Shown here piece after piece: positions 23,098 through 35,874 of a stretch of 64,000 nucleotides of DNA; position 1 is the first letter of the stretch, and each line of letters begins with the position of its first letter. The stretch comes from Chrysemys picta bellii (lineage: Eukaryota): NCBI RefSeq assembly GCF_011386835.1, contig NC_088791.1:2232001-2296000 (forward strand). The letters are read 5' to 3'. Both the position numbers and the translations under genes were made by a program. Below the pieces are notes generated by a model, which was given only the letters and a program-made list of their open reading frames with translations, was not told the DNA's origin and ran no database searches.

Positions 23098-23185
23098 CTG
23101 ATTGTCTCGCTGGGTAGCTGCTCCGGTGCTAGGCCAGTCCAAGTGCAGCCTGCATGGGACACTGGCCGGACACGGGGCATTTATA
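23098..23185 (-). promoter_or_regulatory. TATA box (23185-23179) and non-coding exon 1 of lectin gene 1
   Basis: TATAAAT lies about 80 nt upstream of a CAG|GTGAGA donor at 23098. The acceptor TTTTCTCCCCAG| at 21506 is 13 nt before the ATG. The layout matches the 6-exon REG-type gene structure. Confidence 0.7.
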
Positions 23186-23548
23186 GACCAGTGCGGGGAG
23201 GGGACCAGGTGTCAACACTGAACATGCAGATCTGTGCTGATGGCAGCTACAATCATTTAACGCCCAGGCAAACAGAGATAAGAGGAGCCAGGACCCGGCC
23301 ACCAGCCGGGCTGTGAGCAGGAGGAAGCGTTTGTCAGGGCTGAGATAACAGATACAATGAGAGCTATTTCCTTCCCTTTCCCCTCCCCACCCCGTCTGTC
23401 AGCGCTGAGATGAGTGTGGCTGTGGGGAGCCATCGTGCCCTGGCCCTGACCAGCCCAACTGCTCTCGTCCATCTTGTTCCATGGAAAGTTCCGGGCAGAT
23501 CCCCAGGGAGTGTAGATCAGCTGGAGTCCCCCTGAAGTCAGTGGGGGG

Positions 23549-23662
23549 ATCCCCAGTGGGTACAGTCTGGTGTGGGGCTATTGGAGTCGTTGGAGTCAGA
23601 CCCCCAGCGGGTACAGTCTGGTGTGGGGCTATTGGAGTCCTTGGGGTCGGACCCCCAGCGGG
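23549..23662. repeat. 51-bp VNTR, 2 units, upstream of the gene 1 promoter
   Basis: Unit CCCCAGCGGGTACAGTCTGGTGTGGGGCTATTGGAGTCCTTGGGGTCAGAC. Confidence 0.9.
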
Positions 23663-24373
23663 GGGCATTGCTCAGAGCTCTGCTGGAGTCACCGGGGCTA
23701 GAACCCCAGCGGGTGTAAACTGGCCAGAGCCCCACGGGAGTCAATGGAGTCACACCAGCTGGGGCCTGGCCCCCCTCAGTGCAGGGTAAAATGGCAACTT
23801 TCCCCATTCCCGGCCCTCAAGCCCGGGGAGCACTCGGCCCATCACGCGCCCTGTGCTTGGCTCGTCAGCGCCCTGACCTGGGTGTTGTCATTTACACCTG
23901 TGCAACGAGACTGGGAAATGCACCATCCTCCCTGGGCGGCGATTTACACGTACCAGGCTCTGGTGTCAATGGTGACGTATGGAGCCGGGACAATCAGGCC
24001 CATGGCAATTGGACTATAACTTGAGGGCGCTGCCTGTGGCCGAGGTATTGGCCCTGTTCTGGGCTGCCCACGCTGCCTCCTGTCTGTCTCTGCTGCATTT
24101 CAAGGGAGCCCATTACCCCGGTATGCAGGTGTGACGGTGCTGCCCTTGGGAGCCAGCTGAGGTCACTCAATCAGGGTGAACTGCAAACAGAACGGGGCAG
24201 ACAAACCCCAAACGCTGGTGGATCTTCCAATACTTAGATTTACCAAAACAGCTTCTGTAGTACCGCACTGGTTACTCAGAGTCCAAACAACGCAGTCCCC
24301 TTAAAGTGCCCAGCCTCAGGCCTCCGTCCATACACATGTCAGATATGATGATTATACTGAAAATCTTATTTCA

Positions 24374-25160
24374 TAGGGTTACCATATGTCTGGGTTTCCC
24401 CGGACATGTCCGGCTTTTGGGTCTTTAAATAGCCGGCTGGGGGGAATTTGTAAAAAGCTAAAAATGTCCGGGATTCCCCCCGGACGGCTATTTAAAGACC
24501 CAAAAGCGCTGACAGGGCAGCTGCGCTGGGGGAACCACGGCAAGCCGGCGCCGCCGGCGCCACTCACCTTTCCTCCCTGGTCCCTGGGGCAGTGCGCAGC
24601 TGAGAGCTCCCAGTGCGGTGGTGTCAGCCCACGGGGCCCCCGGCCCGGCCCGCGGGAGCCTGCAGAGAGCAGTCCTGCCCCTGCCCCGGCACACAGAGAG
24701 GCAGCGAGGAGGTCTCGCTCCCCTGCGCGCTGCAGCGGGGTGGGGCCTGTAGACTTGGGCAGAGATACCCCCCCGCCCCTGCCCCCCTCCCCTCGACCCG
24801 ACCCAACCGTAGGAAGGAGCCAGAGGGATTGAGAGGGACCTGCCTGCTGGATGCTTCCTGGGAGCCGCTCCAGGTAAGCACTGCTGGGCTCACCTGGAAG
24901 ATACCTCTGGGGAGGCTCCCCTCAGCCCCACTGCCCTCAGCCCCCACCCTGACCCTGTTCCCTCAGCCTCCCCCGCAGTGTCCCCCCTGTGCCCCCCCAC
25001 CCTCAATCCACTGCCCTCAGCCCCCACCCTGACCCTGTTCCCTCAGCCTCCCCTGCAGTGTCCCCCCTGTGCCCGCCCACCCTCAATCCACTGCCCTCAG
25101 CCCCCCTGACCCTGTTCCCTCTGCCTTCCCCACAGTCCCTCCCCTCCTCCCCCGCCCGCA
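24374..25160. mobile_element. hAT-like element with internal C-rich tandem subrepeats (unit 2 copy from about 59185)
   Basis: Starts TAGGGTTACCATATGTC and repeats CCACTGCCCTCAGCCCC..CTGACCCTGTTCCCTC. The right end is uncertain. Confidence 0.55.
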
Positions 25161-26365
25161 TCGTCTCACACTGCATGGATGTGGAAATCTGTCCCAGATT
25201 CCAGGCTGTCATTAGCCCCTGGGGCAAAAGATCAGCAAAGGTTTCCAAAGGGAAGTTTGCAGCCTTTGCTCAGACCCAAACATTTTCACTTAAAAAAAAA
25301 ATACCCAAACCCATCCTGACACCCATCTGCTCTGTCCAGATTTGCTGTTATCCCTGTTGAGGCCAAAGTGGTTTGAAAAATTAAAAATCCATGACACCAT
25401 TGTGTTCCTTCCCCCTGTGTTGCTCGTTAATCTGATGGACCTGCCAATAATGACTAAAGATGAATGCCCTGGGAGCAATGTGTCAGGCAGACAGTTTGTG
25501 AGGTAGGAATGTGAATGCTGAAGCCCTCACAAAATGCAGAGGCTTTTCTTAACCTGAGCACTGAAAAAGAACCAGATACCCTGCATGGGTTTGAAAGTGA
25601 CAAGAGCCTAGCGACTGCCCAGAGCAGCGTCAGGTTTGAAGTGACGAGGAGGGTCTGTGTCATGAAGTCTGCATTTCCACTGAGAACTCTTCCATCGCCA
25701 GGGTAGTGCTGGTGCAGGTCTGCTACCCGGCACAGCAATGCTGAGAGGTGCCAGTGTAGACCCTACCCACTGCCCTCAGCCCGCACCCTGACCCTGTTCC
25801 CTCAGCCTCCCCCGCAGTCCCCCCTGTACCTCCCACCCCGAACCCACTGCCCTGAGTCCCTGCCCCCGTTCCAACAGCCTCCCCCACAGTCCCCCTGCTC
25901 CTCCCAACCCACTGCCCTCAGCCTTGCCCTACCCCAAATCTCTTCTTCAGCCTCCCCCGTCATCTCACCCCCATCACTCCCCCTGCTGTCCCACCCCCTC
26001 AACTTCCCCCCATTCCAGTCCTGCTCCCCTCTGTCTCATCCCCTCCAGACTCTGTCCCTCTCCCCAACCCCCCGACCCTCCCCAGCCCAGCTCCATTGTC
26101 TCCCCCACCCCGCCCCACCCCACTCTACACAGTTCTCTCTACCCTGTCCCATTCATATTCCCCTCAGCCCCTAGCCTACTCCCCCATCCCAGTCCTCTCC
26201 CATCCCCCTCAGCCCTCCCCAGTCCCAGTCCTGTCCCCCTCAGTTCCTCCACCCTGCTTGCCCCGATCCATCCCCACACACGCACTGACTCTCTCGACCT
26301 CCCTCCCCCCAATCCCACTGCCTGGACCCACCCCCGTCCCACTCAGGACATGCAGGAAAAAGAAG

Positions 26366-26615
26366 CAATGGGCTTAAATTGTAGCAAGGGAGATTTAGGT
26401 TAGATATTAGGAAAAACTTCCTAACTGTAAAGGTAGTTAAGCACTGGACAAATTACCTAGAGGGTTATGGAATAGCAGTCGTTGGAGTTTTTTAAGAGGT
26501 TAGACAAACACGTGTCAAGGATGGTCTAGTGTTGTTATTCCTCAGTCCTGCTTCAGTGCAGGGGTTTGACTAGATGACCTGTTGATGTCCCTTCCAGTCC
26601 TACATTTCTGTGATT
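26366..26615 (+). mobile_element. Old CR1 3' fragment (unit 2 copy about 61426-61678)
   Basis: GCAATGGGCTTAAATTG...AGGTTAGATATTAGGAAAAACTTCCT...CTAGATGACC...CCCTTCCAGTCC. Confidence 0.8.
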
Positions 26616-27392
26616 CACACTGAATTGCCTTGTGCCACTGTCTAGTAGTAGTGGCACACAGTTCTCTGACATGCAGGTTTATAAAATTATAGTTAATATA
26701 CAGTTTAGAGCACAGCAATTTTAAAGCTCTGCATGTTCAGACCAACTGAGCTGAAAATTGTGATCTTGTATTCAAAACTATTACGATGTGGGCTGAACTA
26801 AAATCAGCATGAATTGCTCAACGATATCAATGGAATCAGCATTGTGCTGCTATATATTGTAAAACATTACAGTGAAATCTTGCAATTACATGGCACGCCG
26901 CCTTTCCCAGGTGGTAACTAAGCAGAACATCTTCCTGTTTCAACATTCTTAACTTGTATCCCTCCTAGAAGTTGTTTTTTTTCAAACACTGAATGCTGCT
27001 AAGGCCTGGTCTACACTAGGAGGTTATGTCGAATTTAGCAGCGTTAAATCGAATTAACCCTGCACCCGTCCACACAACGAAGCTATTTAGTTCGACATAG
27101 AGGTCTCTTTAATTCGATTTCTGTACTCCTCCCCGACGAGGGGAGTAGCGCTAAATTCGACATGGCCATGTCGATTTAGGGTAGGTGTGGATGGAATTCG
27201 ATGCTAATAGCTCTGGGAGCTATCCCACAGTGCACCACTCCCTTGACGCTCTGGACAGCAGTCCGAGCTCGGATGCTCAGACCAGCTACACAGGAAAAGC
27301 CCCGGGAAAATTTGAATTCCTTTTCCTGTCTGGCCAGTTTGAATCTCATTTCCTGTTTGGACATCGTGGCAAGCTCAGCAGCACTGGCAACG

Positions 27393-29430
27393 ATGCAGAG
27401 CTCTCCAGCAGAGGTGACCATGCAATCGCAGAATAGAAAGAGGGCCCCAGCATGGACTGATCGGGAAGTCTTGGATATGATCGCTGTGTGGGGCGATGAG
27501 TCCGTGCTTTCGGAGCTGCGATCGGAAAAACAGAATGCGAAGATCTACGAGAAGATCTCCAAAGCCATGACGGAGAGAGGATACAGCCGGGATGCAACGC
27601 AGTGCCGCATGAAAATCAAGGACCTGAGACAAGGCTACCAGAAGACCAAAGCGGCAAATGGACGCTCTGGATCCCGTCCCCAGACATGCCATTTCTACAA
27701 GGCACTGCATTCAATTCTAGGTGCGGCCGCCACCACTACCCCACCACTGACCGTGGACTCTGACGATGGGGTATTGTTGACGGCCGCTTCCTCGGAGATG
27801 TTCGCGGACGGGGAAGATGAGGAAGGAGATGAGGAGGACGAGGCAGTCGACAACGCTTACAACGCTGATTTTCCCGACAGCCAGGATCTCTTCATCACCC
27901 TCACGGAGATCCCCTACCAACCCTCCCCAGGCGTTAATCCGGACCCTGAATCAGGGGAAGGATCAGTCGGTAAGTGTTTTAAACATGTAAACATTCATTT
28001 TGAACAGAACAGGAATATTAAAAATGGGTTTTTCATGATTAGTTTCCCTTGGCGCTTAACGTTTTAGTCCTTGGCAGTGCAACTACTGCAAAAGAATCTA
28101 ACAATGTCCGGTTTATCATGATTAGTTTGCCCTAGGCGCTCTACTTTTTAGTCCTTGCCAGTGCAACTACTGGAAAATAAGGTCTATATGTCCGGGGATA
28201 CAGCTGAAATCCTCATGGGGACATCTCCAGGAAGCTCTCCTGGAGGTAATTTGAAAGCCTTTGCATGAGGTTCCTGGGGAGAGCGGCCTTATTGCGTCCT
28301 CCGTGGTAGGAAACTTTTCCGCGCCAGGTTATCATCAAGTACTCTGGGATCATTGCCTCGCAGAGCATGGCGGCATACGGCCCTGGGTTTTGCTGGCTTT
28401 CACGCGGCATGCGGTCTTTCTCTGTGTCAGAAATCCGCATCAGAGTGATGTCGCTCATGGTGACCTGCTTTGAATTAGGGGAATGTTAGTACTGGGACTG
28501 CTTGCCTGTTCCTTTACATAACTGTAACCGGTGGTTTACAGCCACGCGGTGGAGGCGGGAGAGGGGCAGCATACAGGGATCTTTCCCGGGGACAGCCGCG
28601 AGGGGGTGGGACAGGGGCAGAGTTCATGCTTGCCGGATTGCCGGCAGCAGGAACTGGCCAACGCTAGGAGCATTGCTTTGAACGTGAAAGGAGGGCACTG
28701 CTATAAATTAAGTTTTAAGCAGCCAAAAGTCTATGGCTTACCATGTCAGCCTGCTACCCGAATTCTGCTGTCCTGCCCCGCTTTTCTCATCTCCACTGCA
28801 AGACCCCAGGCACTGAATGCGAAGGCCGAAAATTTGACCTTGTCCTGAGTGTGCATGTGATAGGTGCTGTGCATGGTTTTGTTCACAGAAAAAGACTATG
28901 TTCATTGTTCACAGAAATGTATCTTTGTGAGGAATTCACTCCCTTTTTCCCATCCCACAGCTGTGACTGTCTCCCAACATACCCCGGCATTCCCCTCCCA
29001 GAGGCTGGCGCAGATTAGGCGGAGAAAGAAAAGGACACGGGACGACATGTTCTCAGAACTTATGGGCTGCTCCTGAGCCGATGCGGCCCAGCAGACCCAG
29101 TGGAGGGAGAACATGTCGCAATACCAGCGAGCACACAGCGAACGGGAGGAGAGGTGGTGGCAGGAAGACCAGCAGGTGACTCAAACGCTGCTTGGACTAA
29201 TGAGGGAGCAAACGGACATGCTCCGGCGCCTTGTGGATGTTCTGCAGGACCGGAGGCAGGAGGACAGAGCCCCGCTGCAGTCTCTCTCTAACCGCCCTCC
29301 CCCGCCACAAAGTCCCATCCCCCCCTCACCCAAAGTCCCAAGAAGGAGGGGCGGCAGGGGCCGTGAAAACTGTCACTCCACCCCTGCAGACTGCTCAAGT
29401 ACCAGAAGGCTCTCATTCCCAAAGATTTGA
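27393..29430 (+). pseudogene. Harbinger A Myb/SANT-like DNA-binding gene (exons 27393-27969 and 28961-29430), premature TGA at 29074
   Basis: RKRAPAWTDREVLD...QCRMKIKDLRQGY; donor G|GTAAGT and acceptor CCCACAG|; in-frame stop in exon 2. Confidence 0.88.
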
Positions 29431-30257
29431 TAAGTCCTTTCCTTCCTGCCTCACCCAAGCCCCCATCCCAGTTTCATCCCCTAACTGTGTAGTTGCTAAT
29501 AAAAAATATGTTTCTGTTAATTACTGTTTCCATCATGTTCTTTTAGAGGAGAGTGTGTTTGAAGGGGGGGGAGGGGGTTGGTAATTGGAGAGGACAGTCA
29601 CCTTTACCAGGGTACAGACACGGGGGCAGGTGCAGCAGAAGGTCACACACACATTGCAGTCACTAGGCACCCTGGTCAGTCTGGGAGGTGGTTTTCATGT
29701 TCTGTGTGGGGGGCTATGTGACTTTGCAGCGGGGGAGGGCAGTTAGAGATCTTATGCAGCGGTCCTTAGCCTGGATGACAGAGCCACGCAGCAGGGGATC
29801 TGTAACCGTCCTCCCCCGCCACAAAGTCACATAGCCCCCCCACACACAGAGTCCCGAAAAGGAGGGGTGGCAGGCTCCGTTGAAACAACCAGTCCACCAC
29901 TGCGGACCGCTCTAGGAGCAGGAGCCTGTCATTCCTCGAGTTTAGAAGCGTTCTGTCCATCACTACGCCTGCTCCCCACCACAGTCTGCGTCCCAGTTTC
30001 AACCCTTTACCGCAAAACCCTTAATAAAGAAAACGGTGTTAATTAACAAAGTTCCATTTATTTTATTTTTAAACGTGTGTTGTAAGGGGGGGAATGGGGT
30101 ATGTAACTGGAGAGGACAGTCAACATTAACTGGGTAAAGAAACGGGGGCAGGTTCAGCTTCTCTTTAAACAAACTTAATAGTCACAGGTTACCCTGCTCA
30201 CTGAGGAACCTAGCTTTCAAAGCCTCCCGGATGCACAGCGCGTCCCGCTGGGCTCTT

Positions 30258-31262
30258 CTAATCAGCAGCCAGGCGACTTGCCTCAACCTCCCACCCCGCC
30301 ATAAAGGTCTCCCCCTTGCTCTCACAGAGATTGTGGAGCACACAACAAGGTGCAATAACAATGGGGATATTGGTTTCGCTGAGATCGGAGCGAGTCAGTA
30401 AGCTTCTCCATCTCCCCTTGAGACGTCCAAAAGCACACTCCACCACCATTCTGCAGTTGCTCAGCCGGTAGTTGAAGAGTTCTTTTTCATTGTCCAAGGC
30501 GCCTGTATAGGGCTTCATGAGCCAGGGCATTAGCGGGTAGGCTGGGTCCCCGAGGATCACTATAGGCATCTCCACATCCCCAACAGTTATTTTGTGGTCC
30601 GGGAAGTAAATACCTTCCTGCAGCCATCTAAACAGACCAGAGTTCCTGAAAACACGAGCGTCATGAACCTTGCCCGGCCATCCGACGTTGATGTTTGTAA
30701 AACGTCCCCTATGGTCCACCAGTGCTTGCAGCACCATTGAAAAGTAGCCCTTTCGGTTAATGTACTGGCTGGCCTGGTGGTCCGGTCCCAGGATAGGGAT
30801 GTGAGTTCCATCTATAGCCCCACCGCAGTTTGGGAATCCCATCGCGGCGAAGCCATCTATGATGACCTGCACGTTTCCCAGGGTCACTAGCTTTGACAGC
30901 AGTAGCTCAATGATTGCGTTGGCTACTTGCATCACAGCAACCCCCACGGTAGATTTGCCCATGCCAAAGTGGTTCATGACTGACCAGTAGCTGTCTGGCA
31001 TTGCAAGCTTCCAGAGGGCTATAGCCACTCGCTTCTGGACAGTCAGGGCTGCTCGCATCCGGGTGTCCTTGCGCTTCAGGGCAGGGGACAGCAACTCACA
31101 AAGTTCCAGGAAAGTTCCTTTACCCATCCTAAAGTTTCGCAGCCACTGTGATTCATCCCAGACCTGCAGCACTATGCAGTCCCACCAGTCCATGCTTGTT
31201 TCTCGGGCCCAGAATCGCCGTTCCACAGCATCAACATGACCCATTGCCACCATGATGTTCAT
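30258..31262 (-). pseudogene. Harbinger A transposase (DDE), split by element B, with a C-terminal deletion; N-terminus lies at about 36263-36394
   Basis: GAIDGTHIPI, GKVHDARVF, LGDPAYPL and RMVVECAFGRLKGRWR motifs. Confidence 0.92.
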
Positions 31263-32389
31263 GGAGCGGGGTCCCGTGCTTTGTGAGAAGTCTGTGCCCC
31301 ACTCAGGGTATGTCTACACTACGAAATTAGTTCGAATTTATAGAAGCCGGTTTTATAGAAATCGGTTGTATACAGCCGATTGTGTGTATCCCCACATAAA
31401 ATGCTCTAAGTGCTCTAGTCGGCGGACCGCGTCCACAGTACCGAGGCTAGCGTCGACTTCCGGAGCATTGCACTATGGGTAGCTATCCCACAGCTATCCC
31501 ACAGCTATCCCACAGTTCCCGCAGTCTCCACCGCCCATTGGAATTCTGGGTTGAGATCCCAATGCCTGGATGATGCAAAACAGTGTCGCGGGAGGTTCTG
31601 GGTACATGTCGTCAGGCCCCTCCCCCTCCGTCACAGCAACGGCAGACAATAGATTCGCGCCTTTTTACCTGGGTTACCTGTGCAGACAACATACCACGGC
31701 AAGCATGGAGCCCGCTCAGCTCACCGTCACCATATGTCATCTGGGTGCCGGCAGACGTGGGACGGCATTGCTACACAGCAGCAGCAGCTAACTGCCTTTT
31801 GGCGGTAGATGGTGCAGTGGACTGGTAGCCTTCATCGGCAATCTGGGTGCTGGCAGCTGTGGGGCTGGCAGCCGTAGGGCTGCATTGCACCAGCCCCTTG
31901 CCTTTTGGCAGTAGATGGTGTATTACGACTGGTAACCGTCCTATTACAAGTTGGATCATCGCACATTAGCAGAATCTTCCCTGAGCAGCAGATTGTGCAA
32001 TAGGCCTGAAGGCCATCGTAATACACTAACTGCCAAGCGCCCAGTATTTGCTGCCAAGCACCCAGAAAAATGCCGAGGGCTATCAGTCACGCTGCACCGT
32101 CATCTTAAGATGTAAAAAATAGATTTGCTCTGTATTCATTTGCTTCCCCCTCCCTCCGTCAAATCAACGGCCTGCCAAACCCAGGGTTTTCAGTTTAATC
32201 TTTGGGGGGACCATTCTGTGTGACAGTTGTTTGTGTTTCTCCCTGATGCACAGCCACCGTTCTTGATTTTAATTCCCTGTACCTGTACGCCATGTCGTCA
32301 CTCGGCCCGCCTTCCCTCCTTCCCCTGGTCCGTCAGATACTAGTTTCGCGCCTTTTTTCAGACCAGGCGCCATAGCTAGCACTGGAATC

Positions 32390-33691
32390 ATGGAGCCCGC
32401 TCAGATCACCGCGGCAATTATGAGCACTATGAACACCACGCGCATTGTCCTGGAGTATATGCAGAGCCAGGACATGCCAAGGCGAAACTCAGACCAGCCG
32501 AGGAGGCGATTGCAGCGCGGCGAAGAGAGTGATGAGGAAATTGACATGGACATAGATCTCTCACAAGGCACAGGCCCCAGCAATGTGGAAATCATGGTGT
32601 CACTGGGGCAGGTTCATGCCGTGGAACGCCGATTCTGGGCCCGGGAAACAAGCACAGACTGGTGGGACCGCATCGTGCTGCAGGTGTGGGACGATTCCCA
32701 GTGGCTGCAAAACTTTCGCATGCGTAAGGGCACTTTCATGGAACTTTGTGACTTGCTTTCCCCTGCCCTGAAACGCCAGGATACCAGGATGAGAGCAGCC
32801 CTCACAGTTGAGAAGCGCGTGGCGATAGCCCTGTGGAAGCTTGCAACGCCAGACAGCTACCGGTCAGTCGGGAATCAATTTGGAGTGGGCAAATCTACTG
32901 TGGGGGCTGCTGTGATCCAAGTTGCCAGGGCAATGAAAGACCTGGTGATATCAAGGGTAGTGACTCTGGGCAACGTGCAGGCAATAGTGGATGGTTTTGC
33001 TGAAATGGGATTCCCAAACTGTGGTGGGGCCATAGACGGAACCCATATCCCTATCTTGGCACCGGAGCACCAAGCCACCGACTACATAAGCCGCAAGGGG
33101 TACTTTTCAATGCTGCTGCAAGCCCTGGTGAATCACAAGGGACGTTTCACCAACATCAACGTGGGATGGCCGGGAAAGGTACATGATGCTCGCGTCTTCA
33201 GGAACTCTGGTCTGTTTTGAAAGCTGGAGGAAGGGACTTTCTTCCCGGACCAGAAAGTAACTGTTGGGGATGTTGAAATGCCTATCGTGATCCTTGGGGA
33301 CCCAGCCTACCCCTTAATGCCATGGCTCATGAAGCCGTACACAGGCAGCCTGGACAGTAGTCAGGACCTGTTCAACTATAGGCTGAGCAAGTGCCGAATG
33401 GTGGTGGAATGTGCATTTGGACGTTTAAAAGCGCGCTGGCGCAGCTTACTGACTCGCTCAGACCTCAGCGAAAAGAATATCCCCATTGTTATTGCTGCTT
33501 GCTGTGCACTCCACAATATCTGTGAGAGTAAGGGGGAGACCTTTATGGTGGGGTGGGAGGTTGAGGCAACTCGCCTGGCCGCTGATTACGCGCAGCCAGA
33601 CACCAGGGCGGTTAGAGGAGCACAGCAGGGCGCGGTGCGCATCAGAGAAGCTTTGAAAACGAGTTTTGTGACTGGCCAGGCTACTGTGTGA
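32390..33691 (+). pseudogene. Harbinger B transposase with one nonsense codon (33218-33220)
   Basis: ORFs 32390-33220 and 33278-33691 are in the same frame and separated only by TGA in SGLF*KLEEG. DDE motifs are intact. Confidence 0.92.
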
Positions 33692-33950
33692 AACTTCTGT
33701 TTGTTTCTCCTTGATGAACCCTCCAAACCCCCCCTCAACCCGGTTCACTCTACTTCCCTGTAAACCAACCACCCCACCCCACCCTCCCCTCCCCACTTCG
33801 AGCACCGCTTGCAGAGGCAATAAAGTCATTGTTTTTTCACATTCATGCATTCTTTATTAATTCCTCACAGAAGTAGGGGGATAATTGCCAAGGTAGCCTG
33901 GGATGGGTGGGGGAGGAGGGATGGAAAAGGACACACTGCATTTTAAAACT

Positions 33951-35874
33951 TTAACTCTTATTGAAGGCCAGCCTTCTGATGCTTGGGCGATCATCTGGGG
34001 TGGAGTGACTGGGTGGCCGGAGGCCCCCCCACCGTGTTCTTGGGCGTCTCGGTGAGGAGGCTATGGAACTTGGGGAGGAGGGCTGTTGGTTAAACAGGGG
34101 CTGTAGTGGCGGTCTCTGCTCCTGCTGCCTTTCCTGCAGCTCAACCATACGCTGGAGCATATCAGTTTGATGCTCCAGCAGACGGAGCATTGATTCTTGC
34201 CGTCTGTCTGCAAGCTGACGCCACCTATCATCTTTAGCCCGCCACTTGCTCTTTTCATCCCGCCATTCAGCCCGCCACCTCTCCTCTCGTTCATATTGTG
34301 CTTTTCTCATGTCTGACATTGACTGCCTCCACGCATTCTGCTGTGCTCTATCAGCGTGGGAGGACATCTGGAGCTCCGTGAACATATCGTCCCGCGTCCT
34401 CCGTTTTCTCTTTCTAATGTTCACTAGCCTCTGCGAAGGAGAAACATTTGCAGCTGGTGGAGGAGAAGGGAGAGGTGGTTAAAAAAGACACATTTTAGAG
34501 AACAATGGGTACACTCTTTCATTACAAGGTCGCATTTTTCCTCTGCCTGCCGGTTTGGTATGAGAGATCACTCATGCAGTGCCCCAGGCAACATATTTCT
34601 GCTTGCAGGCAGCCATGGTAAGCCACAGTCTTTTGGCTTTTTTAACCTTCTTAACATGCGGGAAAGGTTTCAAACAGCAGCGCATTTCCCATATCAAGGA
34701 TGAATTGGGTTGGCCATTTAAAATGGGTTTTCAATGTAAAAGGAGGGGCTGCGGTTTCCGGGTTAACATGCGGCACAAACCCAAGTAAACCACACACACA
34801 CACACACACACTCGATTCTGTGGGATGATCACTTCACCCCTCCCCCCACCGCGTGGTTAACAGCGAGGAACATTTCTGTTCAGAAGAGCAGGAACGGGCA
34901 CCTCTGAATGTCCCCTTAATAAAATCACCCCATTTCAACCAGGTGACCGTGAATGATATCACTCTCCTGAGGATAACAAAGAGAGATAAGGAATGGATAT
35001 TGTCTGCATGCCAGCAAACACCGGGACCATACGCTGCCATGCTTTGTTATGCAATGATTTCAGACTACGTGCTACTGGCCTGGCGTGGTAAAGTGTCCTA
35101 CCATGGCGGACGGGATAAGGCAGCCCTCCCCAGAAACCTTTTGCAAAGGCTTTGGGAGTACATAAAGGAGAGCTTTCTGGAGATGTCCCTGGAGGATTTC
35201 CGCTCCATCCCCATACACGTTAACAGACTTTTCCAGTAGATGTACTGGCCGCGATTGCCAGGGCAAATTAATCATTAAACACGCTTGCTTTTAAACCATG
35301 TGTAATATTTACAAATATTTACAAAGGTACACTCACCAGAGGTTTCCTGTGTGCCCTGAGGGTCTTGGGTGAGTTCGGGGGTTACTGGTTCCAGGTCCAG
35401 GGTCACAAACATATCCTGGCTGTTGGGGAAACCAGTTTCTCCGCTTCCTTGCTGCTGTGAGCTACCTACAGTACTTCCATCCTCATCTTCCTCGTTCCCC
35501 GAACCATCTTCCCTGTGTGTTTCTCCATTGATGGAGTCATAGCACACGGTTGGGGTAGTGGTGGCTGCAACCCCTAGCATGGCATGCAGCTCCACGTAGA
35601 AGCGGCAAGTTTGCAGCTCTGCCCCGGACCTTCCATTTGCTTCTCTGGCTTTGTGGTAGGCTTGCCGTAGCTCCTTAACTTTCACGCGGCACTGCTGTGT
35701 GTCCCTGTTATGGCCCCGGTCCTTCATGGCCTTGGAGACCTTTTCTAATACTTTGCCATTTCTTTTACTGCTACGGAGTTCAGCTAGCACTGATTCATCT
35801 CCCCATATGGCGAGCAGATCCCGTACCTCCCGTTCGGTCCATGCTGGAGCTCTTTTGCGATCCTGGGACTCCAT
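33951..35874 (-). CDS. Harbinger B Myb/SANT-like gene, apparently intact (exons 35874-35337 and 34453-33951)
   Basis: MESQDRKRAPAWTEREVRDLLAIWG...; G|GTGAGT donor and CCACCAG| acceptor join in phase 1 with no stops. Confidence 0.85.

Larger units (their letters stand above)
7431..27002. repeat. Tandem segmental duplication unit 1
   Basis: Colinear and highly similar to 36775-62065 along its full length, starting at the landmark TAAGTTATGAGTTTTAACAGG. Confidence 0.97.
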
